From Hyaloraphidium curvatum SAG 235-1 (Eukaryota > Fungi > Monoblepharomycota), in the NCBI GenBank assembly GCA_025558095.1, contig JAIVFI010000001.1, positions 620,001 to 684,000 of the forward strand: 64,000 nucleotides of DNA, given 5' to 3'. This document shows positions 58,078 through 64,000 of this stretch, one piece after another (positions within the stretch are counted from its first letter, which is position 1; every line of letters starts with the position of its first letter). The notes under the pieces are model-generated. The model made no database searches, was not told where the DNA came from, and saw nothing but the letters and a program-made list of their open reading frames with translations. A program made the position numbers and the translations under genes.

Positions 58078-58993
58078 ATGTCCGCCGCGCCGCTCGCCCG
58101 CGCCCTCCGCCGCGCCCTCCGCGCGCCGCCCGCCGCGCTGCTCGCCGCCGCGTCCGGCGGCGCGGCGCCCGCGTGCCGCCCGTCGCCCGCCGCGCCGCGC
58201 GCCATGTCGACCGCGCTGGGCGCCGCCGGCGCAGGGACCTCGCTGAGGAAGGCGACGAGGGCCGCTGCCGGGCCCGGAGCAGCGGTGCTGCAGGGTGGGT
58301 CGCCTCCCACGGAACCGAGAACCCAGAGATCACTCACCCTCCCCACCCCATGAAGCCCGCACCATGTTCGTGCAGGTCGAGGAGACGCCCAACAACAACG
58401 CCCTCAAGTTCAAGCCCGGCGTGGCCGTCATGGGCACCGAGTTCCCCGTCACCGAGTACACCTCGGGCCGCGAGGCCACCGCCTCCCCGCTGGCCCGCCG
58501 CCTCTTCAAGATCGACGGCGTGAAGACGCTGATGCTGGGCCCGGACTTCATCACCATCACCAAGGACGAGGACGACCCGTGGCAGCTGATGAAGCCCGAC
58601 ATCTTCGCAGCCATCATGGACCACTACGCTTCGGGCCAGCCGGTGTACGACCCCGCGCTGGCGAGCAACGCCGCCGACACGGCGCCGTCGGACGAGGACG
58701 ACGAGGTGGTGGCGATGATCAAGGAGCTGCTCGACACGCGCATCCGGCCCGCGATCCAGGAGGACGGGGGGGACGTCGAGTTCCGCGGGTTCGAGCGGGG
58801 GACCGTCAAGCTGAAGCTCAAGGGCTCGTGCCGCTCGTGCTCGAGCTCGACCGTGACGCTCAAGAACGGCATCGAGCAGATGCTGATGCACTACCTGCCC
58901 GAGGTCGAGGCGGTGGAGCAGGTGCTGGACGAATACGAGCAGATCGCGGACGACGCGTTCAAGAAGCTCGAGTCGAAGCTGGAGGCTGCTTGA
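58078..58993 (+). CDS. NFU1: Mitochondrial Fe-S scaffold/carrier Nfu1
   Basis: Arg/Ala presequence; MFVQVEETPNNNALKF, SPLARRLF, IKELLDTRIRPAIQEDGGDVEF and GSCRSCSSSTVTLKNGIE. Intron at about 58295-58355. Confidence 0.95.
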
Positions 58994-59396
58994 TTGGGTG
59001 CGGTCCGCGCGCAGAGGCCAATGTACACTCTTCTGATGATCCAAATTTGAGGTGATGTCATCCGATCGCTCCACCGCCACGTCAGCGACTCCCCAACTTT
59101 GTCGGGACCCGGGAACGTTCCGTCCCCAGGATTCCACGCTAGAAGAGCGTTCCCTTCCAATGATGCGATGCAGCCGAGTGTCTGTCACGATGGGAGCGAA
59201 TGAGTGCGCAACACCGGCTCCTTCGAATAGCCGGGACCCTCTTGCCACAGCCGCGCCAAAGCCATCTGTCCGCTCCACAGACAAAGCGCACCCGGCGCGG
59301 CCCCGAATCACAGCGGAAGGGGCGCCGCGCAGTGCACTGCAGCGCGCGGGCCTCTGTCTGCTCCGTTCCCCCGTTCCTACCGCGACCGCCGCCGCG

Positions 59397-62300
59397 ATGA
59401 ACCGCAACGCCGAGGCCGTGGTCGACTTGCTCGAAATGAACTCGGAGCTGCACGAGCTGCCCACCGACGACGAGGTGGAGCGGATCCAGGCCGAGGCCGC
59501 CAGGCCCGCGCCGCCCCCGCCGCAGGCCGACGCCCGCATCCGCGCGCGGTCGGGCAAGAAGCGGTCCAAGATGGTCGCGCCAAAGACGGGCGACGCGCCG
59601 CCCGAGGAGGGCAGGAAGAAGCTGCCCCCGCACCCGCCGCCGCCGACGGTCGCGCCCGAGGAGGTCGCGCCGTGGTGGTCCCGCGCGACGTGGCACTGGG
59701 CGACGGGGCTCGTGTTCCTGGCGTGGAGGTCGCCGCCGCTCAACGAGGAGGACGTGTGGCCGCTGCCGGCAAAGGAGGAGGCCGAGGCGCTGGCAGACCG
59801 CTTCCTGGACGAGTGGGAGAAGGAGAAGGCCAGGGCAAAGACGCTGCCGCCGCCAAAGCCGAAGGACCCCGAGGCGGCGGAGAAGCTGCCCGAGCACCCG
59901 CCCCCGTCGCTCCTGCGGGCCCTGTGGAAGACGTTCGGCGGCCCGATGTACGTCGCCGCGGGGCTGCGTTATGTCTCCGAGACCGGCGCCCTGGCCACCC
60001 CGATCCTCCTCGGACGCCTCGTCACGTACATGGCCCAATGCTCGACGGCCTACCGCCTGGGCCAGCCGGACCTCTGCCCCGCCGCGTGGAACGGCTACAT
60101 GCTGGCGTTCGGCATCTTCTGCATTTCGCTCATCCAGAGCTGGGCCTTTGGTACCCATTTCTACATCTCGGCAAAGGTCGGCTTCCGTATCAGGACCGCG
60201 CTGAGCATCGCGGTGTATCGCAAGTCGCTGCGGCTTTCCTCGGCGGCGCGGCTGCGGTGGAGCGGCGGCGCGGTCGTCAACCTGCTGTCGACGGACTGCG
60301 CGAGGATCGACCGCACGCTCAAGGAGCTGCACACCATCCACGCCGCCCCGATCGTGATCATCATTGGTTTCGTGGGTTCTTCTTCCCTTTCCTTTGGCGC
60401 AAACCCTGACCCACCCTGCAGGCGCTCATGATCTGGTCGATCGGACCCTCGGCCCTCGCCTCCCTCGTCGTCGTCGTCGTCTCCATCCCCCTCTCCGGCG
60501 TCGTCATGGCCTACGCAGCCAAGGTCCGCAAACGGACCAACGCCATCACCGACGAGCGCGTCAAGCTCACCCAGGAGACCATCTCGGGCATCCGCGTGGT
60601 CAAGTACCAGGGCTGGGAGCGGCCCCTGACGGACCGCATCCTGGGGATGCGGGTGAACGAGCTCAGGGGCGTGCGCGCGGTGCTGTGGACCTGGGTCGTC
60701 GTCGGCGTGATTTCCATGGCGATCCCGGTGCTGTCGGCCATGGCCATGTTCCTGACCTATTCGGCCGTGTCGTCGGTGCCGCTGACGTCTGCGGTCGTGC
60801 TTCAGTGCATCGCGCTCGTGGAGACCATCCGGTGGGCTGCTTTACGCTGTCCTTACCTGCCTCGAAGCTGACCTTTTCTCGCAGCTGGCCTCTGCTTCTT
60901 TTGCCGCTGGCCCTCCAATGGGCCACCGAATCCTCCGTCAGCCTGGGCCGCCTCTCGCGCATGCTGGGCGCCGAGGAACTCGACGAGCGCGACCTCGCCC
61001 CCGCCGAGGACGACAACGGCGACCCTGACCTGGTAGTGGAGATCGAGAACGCGCGGTTCGGCTGGGAGCAGGTACCCGAGGACGAGGACCAGGACGCCGA
61101 TACGGACGAGGTCAAGAAGGCCAAGAAGAAGAAGAAGGCCGAGCAGGCTGCCGCGCGCAAAGTCAAGAAGATGGAGGAGGCCGAGGCGGTCCAGCGCGAC
61201 GGGAGCAACTGGGTGTGGAGGACAAAGACCAAGCGCGGCGCAAAGACGGTGGACGTCACCGTCGAGCTGGACGCCAAGGCGGCGGTCGAGGCGGCAGACG
61301 CTGCCAAGGCCAACGGCACGGCGGAGAACGGGCAGGAGCAGGCCGCGGACAACTCCACCTTCAACCTCGACCTGCCCAGCCTCCGCATCAAGAAGAACAC
61401 CCTCGTCTGCGTCGTCGGCGCCGTCGGCAGCGGCAAGAGCTCCCTGGTCTCGGCCCTGGTAAAGGACATGAAGCTCCTCGGCGGCCTGGACCCGGCGTCG
61501 CCACCGAAGCTCAGCGTGCGCGGGCGGATCGCGTACGTGCCGCAGCTTGCCTGGATCCAGAACGCGACGGTCAAGGAGAACATCGTCTTCGGGAAGCAGC
61601 TGGACGAGGCCAAGTTCGAGGCCGTGATCAAGGCGTGCGCGATGGAGAAGGACCTGGAAATGCTTGCGGACGGGCCCGATACCATCATTGGGGAGAAAGG
61701 ACTGACACTTTCCGGCGGTCAGAAGGCCGTGGGTTGTCTTGTGCGCGCCGGTAGTCCCAACGACCTGACGATGTGTTGCAGAGGACGTCGCTGGCTCGCG
61801 CAATCTACTCGGACGCCGACGTTTACCTTCTCGACGGTAGGTTTGGTTATTCATGGCCCCTGGCGTCAGTCACCGACCCGTCCTGCTTGACAGACCCGCT
61901 CTCGGCCGTCGACGCGCACGTCGGGAACCACCTCGTGCAGGAGGCCATACTGGGTGCTTTGGCGTCCAAGACGCGGATCCTCACGACGCACCAGCTGCAC
62001 GTGCTGCCCTACGCGGATTGGGTCGTGGTCATGCGGCAGGGCACCATCGTGGAGCAGGGAACCTTCAAGGACCTCCTGGAGATGGACGGGTACCTCGCCG
62101 CTCTGGTTCGGGACCACGGTGCCGGGCTTGCCGGTGGCAAGGAAGGCGAGGACAGCGACGGCGGCTCGCAGACCACCACGACCGTGGGCGGAGCCAGCTC
62201 GTCGGAGGCCGAGATCAAAGCGCCCGAGGGTGCGCTTAAAATCTCGCGCGGTCCTTCGGCTGTTTCGCTGCCGCCTCCGAAACCCGACCTCGGGTCGACG

Positions 62301-64000
62301 ATGAAGAGGGACAAACAACCTCGCGAGCTCATGACGCAGGAGGAGCGCCTCGAGGGAGCGGTGGCGCTCAGCGTCTACGCGGACTACTTCCGATTCGGCG
62401 GCGGATTCCTGAAGTTCGTCGGACCGGTGCTGCTCTTCCTCATCCTCATGCAGTCCTGTAAGATCTTGGCCGACTGGTGGGTTTCGAGCGCTTGGGCAAG
62501 CCAGCGGTTCCCGCTCTCCCAGTCGAGCTACCAAGGAATCTACGCCGGGCTGTCCATCATTCAGGTCAGTTGCTTGGAAGTGCTTTTGTCTTGTGTCTCG
62601 GTTGCTCAAAAGTCCCCGCAGCTTGTGTTTGTCGGGCTTGGCGGCTTCTCTGTCGCCGTCGGCGCGATCAAGTCGACGCAGAACATACACGGGCTCGCGT
62701 TGTCCAACGTCATTCGGGCCCCCGTGAACAGCTTTTTCGACGTTACTCCCGTCGGTCGCATTCTGTCGCGGTTCTCCAAGGACTCCGACATCGTTGACTC
62801 GTGGATTCCGGATCAATCGAACTGGTTCCTTCGATTTGCCAGCAACGTCATTGCAGTGCTAGTCTTGATTGCGGTGGCCACGCCCATATTCTTGGTTCCA
62901 TTCAGCGTGGTGCTCGTTCTCTACGTCTTCATCTCCATCGGGTGGGTTCGCATTGAATTCTGTTGACGACGAACCTGACGTTCTTGCCAGGTACCGCTAC
63001 ATTGCTCGCGACCTGAAGCGGCTGGAAGCCGTTACCCGTTCTCCAGTCTACGCGCTTTTCTCGGAGACCCTGTCGGGCCTTTCTACGATTCGCGCGTACG
63101 GTGCCGAGGACCGCTTCGCCGCGCGGGCGCAGAACCTGCTAAACCACAACAATCGGTTCTGGTTCTTCCAGATACCCGTTGTGCGCTGGATGGGCCTCCG
63201 CTTGGAGTTTCTTGCGGCATTGGTTGTCTTCACAGCGGGGATCTTCGCAGTGACTGCAAGCCGAAACAGCGCCATCGACCCCGGGCTCCTCGGCTTGTCC
63301 ATCACCTACAGTCTCCAGATCGTAGGCATCCTCAACGGCGCGCTGGAGCTTTCCGCTGAACTGGAGGCGCACTTCAACTCCGTTGAGAGGCTCCTCTTCT
63401 TTGCCGAGGAGGTCGAAACTGAGAACTACGAATCTGGCAAGGAGCCACCGGCCGACTGGCCGCAAAAGGGCGCCCTGCAGTTCAAGGACGTGCAGATGCG
63501 CTACGCTCCGGATCTTCCGCTGGTCCTGAAGGGATTCAACCTCGACATCCAGCCTGGACAGCGCGTTGGCGTCGTCGGACGAACGGGGGCCGGCAAGTCA
63601 AGCATCATGCAGGTCCTCTTCCGTCTCGTCGAGCCTTGCGGAGGATCTGTGATCGTGGACGGCCTGGATCTCGCCGACGTCCGTCTCGGTTCCGTGCGGA
63701 GCAAGATGTCGATCATTCCCCAGGCGAGTCGGGTTCGTTCAGCGGATCGATTGAGCCTTACCCCGAATGCATCTCTAGGACCCTGTGTTGTTTTCGGGCT
63801 CGCTGCGTATGAACCTCGACCCGTTCAATCTGTACAGCGACGACGAGATCTGGGACGTGCTAGATTTTGCGTCAAACCTGAAGGAATCGATCAAGCAGCA
63901 CCCGCAGCAGCTCAACATGCAGGTTGCCGAGAATGGCGAGAACTTTTCGCTGGGCGAGCGTCAGCTCCTGTGTTTGAGCAGGACCATGCTACGGAGGACC
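59397..64000 (+). CDS. ABCC (MRP/Yor1-like) transporter, 3'-truncated by the window edge
   Basis: [34 protein letters not shown]|[46 protein letters not shown]|DPVLF and [12 protein letters not shown]. Confidence 0.95.

Overview
This is GC-rich, gene-dense eukaryotic nuclear DNA. Introns are short spliceosomal ones (mostly 48-81 nt, GTRnGT...CTRAY...YAG). Gene content and intron style suggest an early-diverging, chytrid-like fungus, possibly a monoblepharid; this is inference, not verified. About 30 protein-coding genes are present, mostly in tight head-to-head and tail-to-tail pairs. Housekeeping genes: YHM2-like carrier, SVP26/TEX261, MED28-like, PNKP, BRR2, CCZ1, DNA polymerase eta, ELMOD, a SNF2-RING helicase, PRP38 and NFU1. 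Transporters: ABCB, ABCC (runs off the right end) and MFS. Enzymes: SAM methyltransferase, GST, amidase, FAD monooxygenase and pirin. Several lineage-specific proteins are also present. The most notable structures are: (1) a ~480-bp diverged non-coding inverted repeat (12453-12934 / 20009-20490) ending in a perfect 42-bp block, which brackets a 7-kb four-gene cassette, with each copy directly upstream of an inward-pointing gene; (2) one of those genes encodes a 7-TM protein resembling the gustatory-receptor-like/DUF3537 (7TMIC) channel superfamily; (3) a second, outer inverted duplication (9580-10700 / 44600-45690); (4) a PRP38 carrying a C-terminal HIND motif. No rRNA, tRNA, CRISPR array or transposase was recognised. 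All calls and splice junctions were read by eye; no searches were run.
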